Assembly (NCBI GenBank): GCA_031425655.1
Contig: JANPJS010000064.1
Coordinates: forward strand, 1 to 46,593
Reading direction: 5' to 3'
Length of the DNA stretch: 46,593 nt
Source: Abditibacteriaceae bacterium
GTDB taxonomy: Bacteria > Armatimonadota > Abditibacteriia > Abditibacteriales > Abditibacteriaceae
The position numbers and the translations under genes are program-made. Below the pieces are notes generated by a model. The model saw only the letters and a list, made by a program, of their open reading frames with translations, had not been told where the DNA came from and ran no database searches. Of this stretch, positions 1 through 9,000 are shown one piece after another (the first letter of the stretch is position 1; each line of letters opens with the position of its first letter).

Positions 1-15
1 GGCAACGCCGCCGTC

Positions 16-48
16 AACCCCCACCTAACCTCCCCCAAAGGGGGAGGA
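16..48. repeat. Half copy of CCCTC/GAGGG-type palindromic element
   Basis: AACCCCCACCTAACCTCCCCCAAAGGGGGAGGA; same architecture as arms at 8643-8709, 11004-11169 and 20166-20315. Confidence 0.6.
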
Positions 49-82
49 ACTATGCTTCGGAACGCCTTAACTTAATGCCATT

Positions 83-138
83 GGGCTAACGCCCTCTTCC
101 AATCCTTCAACCTCAAGATTGGAAGGAGGCGTCAGCCC
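83..138. repeat. Imperfect hairpin downstream of rluD (REP-like or terminator)
   Basis: GGGCTAACGCC..CTTCCAATC / GATTGGAAG..GGCGTCAGCCC inverted repeat. Confidence 0.5.
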
Positions 139-175
139 CGCCTCACCCTATTGAGCCACTACCCTTTAAAGAACG

Positions 176-1126
176 CTATTTCGTGCTGTCCAACGCGGCG
201 ACGATGCGCGTCATGTCGTCCGGCAGCGGCGCCTCGCATTGCAAAATCTCGCCGGAAATCGGATGCGTGAAGGCGATTTTTGCGGCGTGCAGCGCCTGTC
301 CGCGCAGTAGTTGCAGCGCCGCAATAACCTCGGCATCGCCGGCGGAATCGAGAGCGCGTTTGTCGCCGCCGTAAAGCGGGTCGCCGACAATCGGGTGGTT
401 GACGTAAGTCAGATGCACGCGAATTTGATGCGTGCGGCCCGTTAATAAGTTGACTTCGAGAAAAGAGAATTTGCGCCATTTTTGCGTCACGGCGTATTCC
501 GTCACGGCGTCTTTGCCCTGCGGCAGGACAGCGAATTTTTTGCGATGCGTGGCGTGACGCTCAATCGGCGCTTCGATGCGTCCGCGCATCGGAGGCACGC
601 CGCAAACGATGGTGTTATAAGTTTTGGTCAGGCGCCGAGCCGCGAAATCTTCCGCTAATTTCCAGTGCGCCGCGTCGGTTTTGCAGACGATAATCACGCC
701 GCTGGTGTCTTTATCCAAGCGATGCACGATGCCGGCGCGCTCCGGCGGCCCGACGGTCGAAAGCGGCTTGTCGGCGGCGCGCAGCACGTCCACGAGCGTT
801 GCCATGCGCTCACCCGCGCCGGGGTGAACGGTTAAGCCGCGTGGCTTGTCAATCACCATCAAATGCTCGTCTTCAAACAAAACCGGCGGCAGCGGCGGTA
901 ACTTCAAATCGAGCGGCGCTTCAACCATTGGCGCAACTTCCGCGACGGGCGCGAGATGCAGCACATCGCCTTCTCTAAGCGTGTGCGAAAGCTTGACAAC
1001 GCCGCCGTTAATCGTAGCGCCATTTAGCAACCGTTGGGCGCGCGACCGCGAAACGCTAAGATGCGCGGCCAAAAAAGCGTCCACACGCTGCCCGGCGCAA
1101 TGTTCTTCAATGATAATTTCTTGCAT
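176..1126 (-). CDS. rluD: RluA-family 23S rRNA pseudouridine synthase (RluD-like, S4 domain)
   Basis: S4 domain (RVDAFLA..SRSRAQ), KPRGLTVHP, catalytic HRLDKDTSG, GRTHQIRVH, QALHA; start moved to ATG at 1126 because the upstream ORF extension lies in a repeat. Confidence 0.93.
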   Translation of the reverse strand: MQEIIIEEHCAGQRVDAFLAAHLSVSRSRAQRLLNGATINGGVVKLSHTLREGDVLHLAPVAEVAPMVEAPLDLKLPPLPPVLFEDEHLMVIDKPRGLTVHPGAGERMATLVDVLRAADKPLSTVGPPERAGIVHRLDKDTSGVIIVCKTDAAHWKLAEDFAARRLTKTYNTIVCGVPPMRGRIEAPIERHATHRKKFAVLPQGKDAVTEYAVTQKWRKFSFLEVNLLTGRTHQIRVHLTYVNHPIVGDPLYGGDKRALDSAGDAEVIAALQLLRGQALHAAKIAFTHPISGEILQCEAPLPDDMTRIVAALDSTK

Positions 1127-1150
1127 GAATTTTTGACAGTCGAATTCTTT

Positions 1151-1260
1151 CAATGGAACACGGGCTTCGCACACGGAAACGACACAGATTAACACGGTTT
1201 AAAATCAAAAAACCCGTGCAAATCCGTGTCGTTTCCGTGTATGAAATCCGTGTCCCATTG
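1151..1260. repeat. ACACGG/CCGTGT-type palindromic element, copy 1
   Basis: 40-nt arms CAATGGAACACGG... / ...CCGTGTCCCATTG (34/40 match), internal ACACGG repeats. Confidence 0.85.
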
Positions 1261-1276
1261 GACGTTTTACTTTCCA

Positions 1277-2743
1277 TCAACCCCGCAAATCGTAACAAAT
1301 CAGGCGCCGCGATTGGCCGTTTTCGCCTTTGGTGTTCTGCAAAACGTAGAGCAAACCGCGACTGAGCGACGGCATCGTCCACGCTTCGCGGTCGTCGAAA
1401 AGACGCACGCGCTCCAATTCTTTGTAGCCACGCGGGTTCAAATCGAGCCAGACCAAATGGCCGAATTCGCCGAGCATTAAACAGCGATTATCTACCAGAA
1501 TCAGTGAGGCCAAGCCCGGCGGCAGCTTCGATTTGCGCGGCCCGCGCGGCCCAGGCTCGATTTCGTCCCACAACACGTCTTCGCGCCACATTTCCTTGCC
1601 GGTTTTCCATTCGATGCACACAAGGGGCGCGTTATTCGGCCCGTGGCCGTCAATGCCATAAAGATAGCCGTCTTTGTGAATCGCCGTCATAAAATGCGTT
1701 TGCAGCACGTTGTTGCGCCAGACTTCGCGCGCCTGTCCGTTGGGCAAAACATCAAGCAGCGCGCCGCCCGGCCCGTAGCATTCGGAGATATAAACCTGAT
1801 TGCCAATGATAAGCGGCGAAGAAGCGTTGACCGATTCGCGGCGTTCGGCACGCCACGGAAAACTGAAATCTACTTTGCCGTTTTTCGGATCAAGACAAAG
1901 CAAGCCGCCGGTTGATGGCTCGCTGTCGCCTCCTGCGAAAACGAACACGCGACGCTTGCCGTGAACATCGGCGGGAATCGGCGATGCGTAGCTCGGCCCC
2001 CATTCTTTGCCGACACCCCACGCCATTTTGCCGCTGCGCTTATCAAACGCCGCCACGCACGGCCCGCCTGTGGCGCCCACGTTGACGATGAGGAAATCGC
2101 CTTCTAATAACGGCGTGGAGCCGACGCCGAAAAAATTCTGTTCCAACTTGAATTCCCGAAAAAGGTCGCGCTGCCAGAGAAGCTGGCCCGTTGTCAGTTT
2201 CAGGCAAGTCAGTTTCCCGGTGACGCCGAAGGTGTAAACGAACTCGCCATCGCTGACCGGCTGACAGCGCGGCCCGCCATCGAAGCCGTAGCGGTCGCGG
2301 TAGGACATCGCATAAGCGTATTTCCAAAAGCGTTGCCCGGTTTCGGCGTGCAGAGATTCCACGATTTCTTCATTTTCGACGCGATGAAACAAAATCACGC
2401 GCCCGGACACGACAGCGGGCGCGGCATAGCCTTCGCCTTTGTTCACTTCCCAGACAATCGGCGGCCCGGCTTTGCCGAACTGCTTCGCCAGCGGCGTTTC
2501 GCTGGAAATCGCGTTCAGCGTCGGTCCCAAAAAGCTGCGCCACTCATGTGTTATGGCGCCGGGCGCCAGCGGTTTAGGCGCGGCGTGAAACTTTAATTCA
2601 TCGTATTTGCGCGGCTCCGGCAGCGCCACTTCCGCCAACTTTTGCACCGTCGGCGGCGCCGGATCGCTAAAAACCTGCGCCGCCACCGGCAAGACGGCAG
2701 CGGAGAGAGAAAAGGCTACGAGGGAACACGAAATTTTATGCAT
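1277..2743 (-). CDS. Secreted PQQ-binding-like beta-propeller repeat protein (BamB-like)
   Basis: Signal peptide; W..FLGP, GYAAP, repeated TG..(L)W motifs, YASP, C-terminal LICYDL. Confidence 0.85.
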   Translation of the reverse strand: MHKISCSLVAFSLSAAVLPVAAQVFSDPAPPTVQKLAEVALPEPRKYDELKFHAAPKPLAPGAITHEWRSFLGPTLNAISSETPLAKQFGKAGPPIVWEVNKGEGYAAPAVVSGRVILFHRVENEEIVESLHAETGQRFWKYAYAMSYRDRYGFDGGPRCQPVSDGEFVYTFGVTGKLTCLKLTTGQLLWQRDLFREFKLEQNFFGVGSTPLLEGDFLIVNVGATGGPCVAAFDKRSGKMAWGVGKEWGPSYASPIPADVHGKRRVFVFAGGDSEPSTGGLLCLDPKNGKVDFSFPWRAERRESVNASSPLIIGNQVYISECYGPGGALLDVLPNGQAREVWRNNVLQTHFMTAIHKDGYLYGIDGHGPNNAPLVCIEWKTGKEMWREDVLWDEIEPGPRGPRKSKLPPGLASLILVDNRCLMLGEFGHLVWLDLNPRGYKELERVRLFDDREAWTMPSLSRGLLYVLQNTKGENGQSRRLICYDLRG

Positions 2744-2748
2744 ATTTT

Positions 2749-2871
2749 CGGCATTTTCCCCGCTTGAAATCGGGGCCTACAGTTACAAAGTCTGCCTGCG
2801 CAGACTGGTTTCCGAGTCCGCGCAGGCGGACTTCGTAGCGTTAGCTCCCGATTTCAAGCGGGAGAATGCCG
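2749..2871. repeat. REP-like nested palindromic element
   Basis: Outer arms CGGCATTTTCCCCGCTTGAAATCGGG / CCCGATTTCAAGCGGGAGAATGCCG; inner hairpins AGTCTGCCTGCGCAGACT and AGTCCGCGCAGGCGGACT. Confidence 0.8.
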
Positions 2872-2888
2872 GTTAAACTGGCGCCGTC

Positions 2889-3599
2889 ATGAAATCGCTG
2901 CTCAAACTTTCGCTCATCGCCCTGCTCGCCTGCGCTTCGTCCGGCGCGCAAGCTGCGCCCAAACAACCATTTATTGTCTGCATTGACCCCGGCCATCCGT
3001 CGGAAACTTCAGCGGGCGCTTCGGCGCACGGACTCACGGAAAACCGCATGAATTGGCAAGTCGCGCTGCGTCTTGCCACGCGACTGCAAAAGCTCGGCAT
3101 TCCTTATGTAATGACCAAGCAAAGCGAAAAACAACTCGTCACCAACCGCCAACGCGCCGAAATCGCTAACGGCGCCAACGCTTATCGCACGCCTTGCGCC
3201 GCGTTTATTCGCCTGCATTGCGATGCCGGCGGCGGCAGCGGCTTTTCGTGGTATTTTCCCGACCGCGCCGCCACCAAATACGGCGTCACCGGCCCGCCAC
3301 GCGCCGTGCAAATCGCCTCGCGGCAAATGGCGCACGCGCTAAACGAAGCGATGAAGCCCGTTCTCAAAAATTACCTGCGCGCTAACTCCATCAAAACCGA
3401 CGCCGCGACCGGCGTCGGCGGAAAACAGGGCGGCGTTTTAACCGGCTCAATTTTCTCGCGCGTGCCGACCGCGCTCATCGAAATGTGCTTTATCTCCAAC
3501 AAACGCGACGCGCTTTTCATCGGCAGCGCGGCGGGCCAGGAAAAAATGGCCGAAGCCTTAGCCGCCGGACTCGTTGCATGGCAGCAGACGAAATTTTGA
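2889..3599 (+). CDS. N-acetylmuramoyl-L-alanine amidase (Amidase_3)
   Basis: Signal peptide; IDPGH, E, RLHCD and ALIEMCFISN zinc/catalytic motifs. Confidence 0.9.
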   Translation: MKSLLKLSLIALLACASSGAQAAPKQPFIVCIDPGHPSETSAGASAHGLTENRMNWQVALRLATRLQKLGIPYVMTKQSEKQLVTNRQRAEIANGANAYRTPCAAFIRLHCDAGGGSGFSWYFPDRAATKYGVTGPPRAVQIASRQMAHALNEAMKPVLKNYLRANSIKTDAATGVGGKQGGVLTGSIFSRVPTALIEMCFISNKRDALFIGSAAGQEKMAEALAAGLVAWQQTKF

Positions 3600-3657
3600 A
3601 TTTTGAATTTTGAATTACCAGATTGCAATTCTCAATTCAAAATTCAAAATTTCGTCT
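3586..3657. terminator. Heptamer (AATTTTG)n inverted repeat; probable bidirectional terminator
   Basis: Perfect 24-bp inverted repeat 3586-3609 / 3634-3657 between convergent genes; contains both stop codons. Confidence 0.7.
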
Positions 3658-4282
3658 CGCCGTCGCTTCTTTCAACAGCGCCATGAAATCGTCGCGCGGC
3701 ACTTCGCGGGCGCCGAAGCTCTCGAAAAGAGGCGTCATCATTTGGCAATCGAGCCACGTTGCGCCTTGAGACTTTAAGTGCTGCACCAGATGAAACAGCG
3801 CGACTTTCGAGGCGCCGCTGTGGTGAAAAAACATGGATTCACCGGCGAAAAAACCGCCGAAACTCACGCCGTAAAGCCCGCCGACTAATTGCCCGTCAAG
3901 ATAAGTTTCCACGCTGTGCGCGCTGCCAAGCTGATGCAAACAAGCGTAGGCTTCGATCATTGGCTTGGTAATCCACGTTCCACGCTGGCCGGGGCGCGGC
4001 GCCCGCGCGCAATTTTTCATCACGCCGCAAAAATCGGTGTCGAAACGCACGTCCCACGGCTGAGCGCGCAGCAATTTTTGCAGGCTGCGCGAGACGTGAA
4101 ACTCGTCGAAAAAAAGCAGCGCGCGGCGCGGCGGCGCGAACCAGAGCAGCGGCTGCCCGCGCATCGCGCCACGGAAATATGCCGCCGGTGTAAGCCGCGC
4201 ACAGCGTGTCGGGTTCCAAATCGCCGCCCCAACACAAAAAGCCGTCCTCGTCGGCGCTTTCGACCGGCGGAAAAATAACCAT
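3637..4282 (-). pseudogene. aat: Leucyl/phenylalanyl-tRNA--protein transferase, frameshifted (or sequencing error)
   Basis: N-terminus [26 protein letters not shown] is in one frame; [34 protein letters not shown] is in another; one extra base at TGG-CGCG-ATG (4165-4168). Confidence 0.85.
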
Positions 4283-4294
4283 TTTCAGGGTGTT

Positions 4295-4410
4295 CAATTT
4301 TTAATGGAACACGGATTTTCACGGAAAAAGCCACTGGTTTACACGGTTTTTGGATTGATCTGCGAAAATCCGTATCGTTTCCGTGAAAATCTGTGTTCCA
4401 TTAAAAATTG
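4295..4410. repeat. ACACGG/CCGTGT-type palindromic element, copy 2
   Basis: 33-nt arms 4295-4327 / 4378-4410, 32/33 complementary. Confidence 0.85.
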
Positions 4411-4432
4411 GGGTTTCCAATATTTTGCGGCG

Positions 4433-5419
4433 CTAAACCGGCGCTTCGATTTCGCCGGAGCTTTCAACCGGCGGATTTTCGCGCAGCATTTTCGCCTCGC
4501 GCTGCGCCAACGTCCGCCAGAATAATGCGATCACGACCAGTCCCGCGACGGAAACGAACTGCGCTTCGGTAAAGGGCGTGCCGAACAAATAGCGAGCGGT
4601 CGCGCCGGCGCGAAAATGCTCGACAAAGAAGCGCTCGACGGCATAAAGTCCGAAAACCAGCAGCGTCAGTTGACCGGGAAAGCGCGTGAGTTTCGGGTTG
4701 ACTTTGGCGCGCTGCATGAACCAAAAAAGCACCAGCGCCAAAGCCGCCGAATAAAGCTGTGTCGGATGGCTGGGCAGCGTGAAAACGCGGCGATTTTCTT
4801 CGCTCGGAAAGCTGAACGCCCACGGCAAATCGCAGGCGTAGCCGTAACAGCAGCCGTTGAAAAAGCAGCCCAAACGTCCGAAAAAGTAGCCCAAAAACAC
4901 CGAAGGCGCCAATATATCGGCCAAAATGCCGAAGCGAATCTTGCGCGTCAGCGCGAAATAGCCGACGACCGCGATGGAACCGGGAAAAATGCCGTGAAAC
5001 GAGAGACCTCCGTTCCACACTTGCAAAACGTCGCTCAGCGAGTGAAATTGCGAGCGATTGAGCATCACGAAAACCAGCCGGCAACACGCGACGGTTACCA
5101 GCAGCATCGGCAGCATTAAATCGAGCACCAGATTCGGGTCGTAGCCACGCCGCCTCGCTTCCATGCAGGCGTTCCATGTCGCAATGCCAAATCCGAGGAT
5201 CAGAAAAAAGCCGTAGGAATGCAGCGTGATTGAAGTGCGCGACAGCACGATCAGCAGGCCGAACGCAGCACCGCCGAAAATAAGCGGCACCGAAACGGCT
5301 TCCCAGCCGCCGCGCCATTGCGAGGCCACAGCCACTACGGAGAAGAGAAAAACGAGGCCCAGCAACGGCAATAACAGGCTCGGCGAAAGTTGAGGAATGA
5401 CGGCTAATTCAGGACGCAC
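4433..5419 (-). CDS. lgt: Prolipoprotein diacylglyceryl transferase
   Basis: HSYG, GGLSFHG, GRLGCFFNGCCYG, HPTQLY, RFFVEHFR; multiple transmembrane segments. Confidence 0.93.
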   Translation of the reverse strand: MRPELAVIPQLSPSLLLPLLGLVFLFSVVAVASQWRGGWEAVSVPLIFGGAAFGLLIVLSRTSITLHSYGFFLILGFGIATWNACMEARRRGYDPNLVLDLMLPMLLVTVACCRLVFVMLNRSQFHSLSDVLQVWNGGLSFHGIFPGSIAVVGYFALTRKIRFGILADILAPSVFLGYFFGRLGCFFNGCCYGYACDLPWAFSFPSEENRRVFTLPSHPTQLYSAALALVLFWFMQRAKVNPKLTRFPGQLTLLVFGLYAVERFFVEHFRAGATARYLFGTPFTEAQFVSVAGLVVIALFWRTLAQREAKMLRENPPVESSGEIEAPV

Positions 5420-5455
5420 GGGAGAGATTTTAGCGAAGTTGACAAGTCATCCGGC

Positions 5456-6049
5456 TTATTCGACTTTGAGCCGGCGGTTCAACACAACATCTAAGATGAG
5501 CAAAATCACGCCGACCGTCAGCGCGCTATCGGCGATGTTGAAAATGGGAAAGGTGCGAATGAACTCGACGGACGTGCCCAGATCAATGAAATCGGTCACG
5601 GCGCCGGTCACGATGCGATCAATGAGGTTGCCAACCGCGCCGCCTAAAATCAGGCCCAATCCAAAGCGCGCCGGCGCGCTTTGCGGCGCGAATTCGCGCG
5701 CCATCTGCGCTACGATGAACATCACCACGAAGGTAATGCCGATTAGGAAAAACCGCTGCCCGGACAGCATTCCCCACGCTGCGCCGCGATTGAGAATATG
5801 CGAAAAACTCAGCAAGCCGGGCACGATTTCATGTTCAACACCAAGTGGGATCAAGGAGCGAATCCACACTTTCGACGCTTGGTCCGCGATAACCGTGAGC
5901 AGCGCCACAATCATGAAAAAACGCATGGCCCGCGCCGCAGCTAAAACCGGCACGCCGGACGCCGGGGGAACCGCCGCCGATTCCGGCGCCGCGTTTTCGG
6001 GTAATGCGCCGTCCACAGGAAGAGCCGCTTCGGGCAAAGACTCAGACAT
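5456..6049 (-). CDS. lspA: Lipoprotein signal peptidase II
   Basis: DQASK, NRGAAWG, GGAVGNLIDR, VTDFI, FNIADS; start overlaps the ileS stop (TAATG). Confidence 0.95.
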   Translation of the reverse strand: MSESLPEAALPVDGALPENAAPESAAVPPASGVPVLAAARAMRFFMIVALLTVIADQASKVWIRSLIPLGVEHEIVPGLLSFSHILNRGAAWGMLSGQRFFLIGITFVVMFIVAQMAREFAPQSAPARFGLGLILGGAVGNLIDRIVTGAVTDFIDLGTSVEFIRTFPIFNIADSALTVGVILLILDVVLNRRLKVE

Positions 6050-9000
6050 TACGGCAGTTCCTTTTCCAACTTTTCGACGCGCAATCGGATAGTTTCATCG
6101 CCGGCTTCGGCCTCGCTCAGTTCGGGATAATCGTCTCCGACTAAACGCAGTTCCTCGGCCAGAGTTTCATCCTGAAGATAGTCGCCGAAATTTTCCAACA
6201 CGCGCGCAAAGCGGCTCGGCTCCGCCGGTTCGACGACCAAAATAGCGATGTGGTCGCTGACTTCAAAGCCCGCTTTTTTGCGCGCTTCCTGCACCGCGCG
6301 CACGAAATCGCGCGCATAGCCTTCGTCGCGCAAATCTTCGTTCAGCGTGGTGTCAATCGCCACAGCCCAATCGCCTTCGCCCGCGAAGCTGTAACCGCTT
6401 TGCTGTTGCGTTTGCACCAAAATATCGTCGGGCGCCAACTCAATTTCCTGCTCGCCAAGCTGCAACTTCACGCTTTCGCCGCGCCGCACCGCGCTGCCGA
6501 TACGTTTGGCTTCATCGGGCGCGGCGTTTTCCAGTGCCGCGCGAATCGCGCCGATTTGTTTGCCGAATCGCGGCCCCAGCTTCGGCAAATTCGCGCGCAA
6601 CTTGTAAGAAACCAAGTCGCCGGCGTCGTCTAACAATTCCAGCGACTTGACGTTAAGCTCGTCTAAAATCGTTTCGCGCCAATTTTCGAGGCTGCCTTGC
6701 GCTTCGGGCGGCGCCTGAATCAGCACGCGCGGCAGCGGTTGGCGAACCTTAACTTTCGATTCCTTGCGCGCTTTGTGACCCAGCGAAACCGCATTCAAAA
6801 CGCTTTCAACTTCGCTCAGCAATGCGTCATCGCGCAGATTTTCGTCCACGACAGGCCATGCCAAAAGATGCACGCTGTCCGGCGCGTTTCGCAGAGGCCG
6901 CTTCAAATTCAGATACATCGCCTCAGCGGTGAAGGGAATCACCGGCGCGATGAGGCGGCACAACGTCAGCAAAACATGATGCAGCGTTTGATAAGCCGCT
7001 TGCTTGTCGGAATCGCTTTCGCTTTTCCAAAAGCGGCGACGGGAGCGGCGCACATACCAATTGGAAAGGTCGTCGGAGAAGGACTCAACGGCGCGATTGA
7101 TATTTGGCGGCTCAACATTGTCCAGCGCCGCCGTGACTTCCGCAATGAGTTTCTGCAAGCGCGCCAAAATCCATTTGTCCATTGGCGAGGCAGCCTGTGG
7201 CGCCGTTCCACTGGATAATTCCGGCACGTCGAGGTTCGCATAGGTCACGAAAAATGTATAAACATTCCATAACGTGAGCAAAGGCGTGACTAAGCGCCGT
7301 TTCGCTTCGGCTGTCCATTCTTCCAGCGGCATCCGCCCAAAGCGAATGTCCTTCGTGAGCGGATTGCGGCAAAATTCCCAGCGCACCGGATCGGCGCCAA
7401 TGAGAGCCACCGTTTCATCGAAAGGCACGCCGTTTTTGAGAGTTTTGGAAATTTTCTCGCCGCGCTCGTTGAGCATGGTTTCGTAAACCATCGCGCGTTT
7501 ATACGGCGCGCGGTCTTCGAGCGCCACGCTCATAAAGAGCATCGAAAAGAACCAAAGGCGCACCTGCTCGCGCATTTCGCTGATGAAATCCGCCGGCTGC
7601 CAATCTTCGCGCCCGGCGATTTTCAATTCCGGCATCCGAATTCCATCGGCGCCGTTATAACCGACGGTCGCAAAGGGCACAATGCCGGCATCCAGCCACG
7701 CATCGCCGACTTCAGGCACGCGATTCATCACTTTGGTGCGCTCGCGGTTCCAAATCGCCACGCCGTCAATCCACGGGCGATGCAATTCGGGCAAAGCATC
7801 GAACTTTTCAGGTTCGACGGCGCGTTCACGCAATGCGGCCCGCGAAGCAATCACATCCCAATTGCCGTCGTCGTCCATGTAAATCGGCAGCGGCAAGCCC
7901 CAAAAACGCTTGCGACTAATGCACCAATCGCCCATGTTCATCAGCCAGTCGTCCATGCGCTTGCCGGCGTAATCGGGAATCCATTCGACGGTTTGCGCGG
8001 CGCGGCGCAGCCTTTCGCGCGCCGGACGCGGCCCGGCATCGGCGCGGATAAACCATTCTTTCACCGAATAGAAAATCAGTTCCGTGCCGCAGCGCCAGCA
8101 ATGCGGATACGAGTGTTCGTAACGCTGAATACGATAAAGGCGGTCGCGCGCCCGCAACTCTTCAAAAATCGTTTCCACATCGTCTAACGCGTGCAATCCG
8201 GCCAACGGCCCGGCGCCGGGCAAAAAATGCGCGGAGGGCGAAGTCGGCACGATATGGCCCAGCTTTTCACGCTTGCCCAATTCGTAATCTTCCGCGCCGC
8301 AGCCCGGCGCAATATGCACGATGCCAGTGCCTTCGGTTTCGCCCACGTCTTCCCAGGCCACCACGCGGCGCCCAACCGAATTGGTGAGTTCCTGCTGAAA
8401 GGGAATGTCGTCAAGCGGGCCGGAATACGATAGCCCAACCAATTCACTGCCGGGAAACTCATCGAGAATCTCATAGCCGGGCCGCAGCGCACTGGCGACG
8501 GTGCCTTTGGAGAGAATGACCACGTTATCGCCGGTTTTGGCGCGCACATAAGTCAATTCGGGATGCAAAGCGAGAGCGACGTTGGCGGTCAGCGTCCACG
8601 GCGTCGTTGTCCAAACTAAAAAGCGGTCACCGGGCTGAAGACGCCCTCCCCTAACCCCTCCCGGAGGGAGGGGAAACTCCTCCCCCTCCGGGGGAGGCTG
8701 GGTGGGGGCCGTTACCGGCAAAGCAATATAAACGCTGCGGTGCGTGATGTCTTTGTAAGAATCGGCGCTTTCGTGCTGGCTGAGGCTGGTTTCGCAGCGT
8801 GGACACCACGGCATGACGCGATAATCTTGGGCCAGCCAGCCTTCGTCGTGGCATTTCTTGAGAAAAAGCCAGATATGCTCGATATTCGAGTCGTCGAAGG
8901 TGAAATACGAGCGCGGCCAGTCCATCCACATTCCCAGACGCTTCGATTGTTCTTCGATAACGCCCGCGAATTTTTCGACACGTTCGCGGCAGGCACGCGA

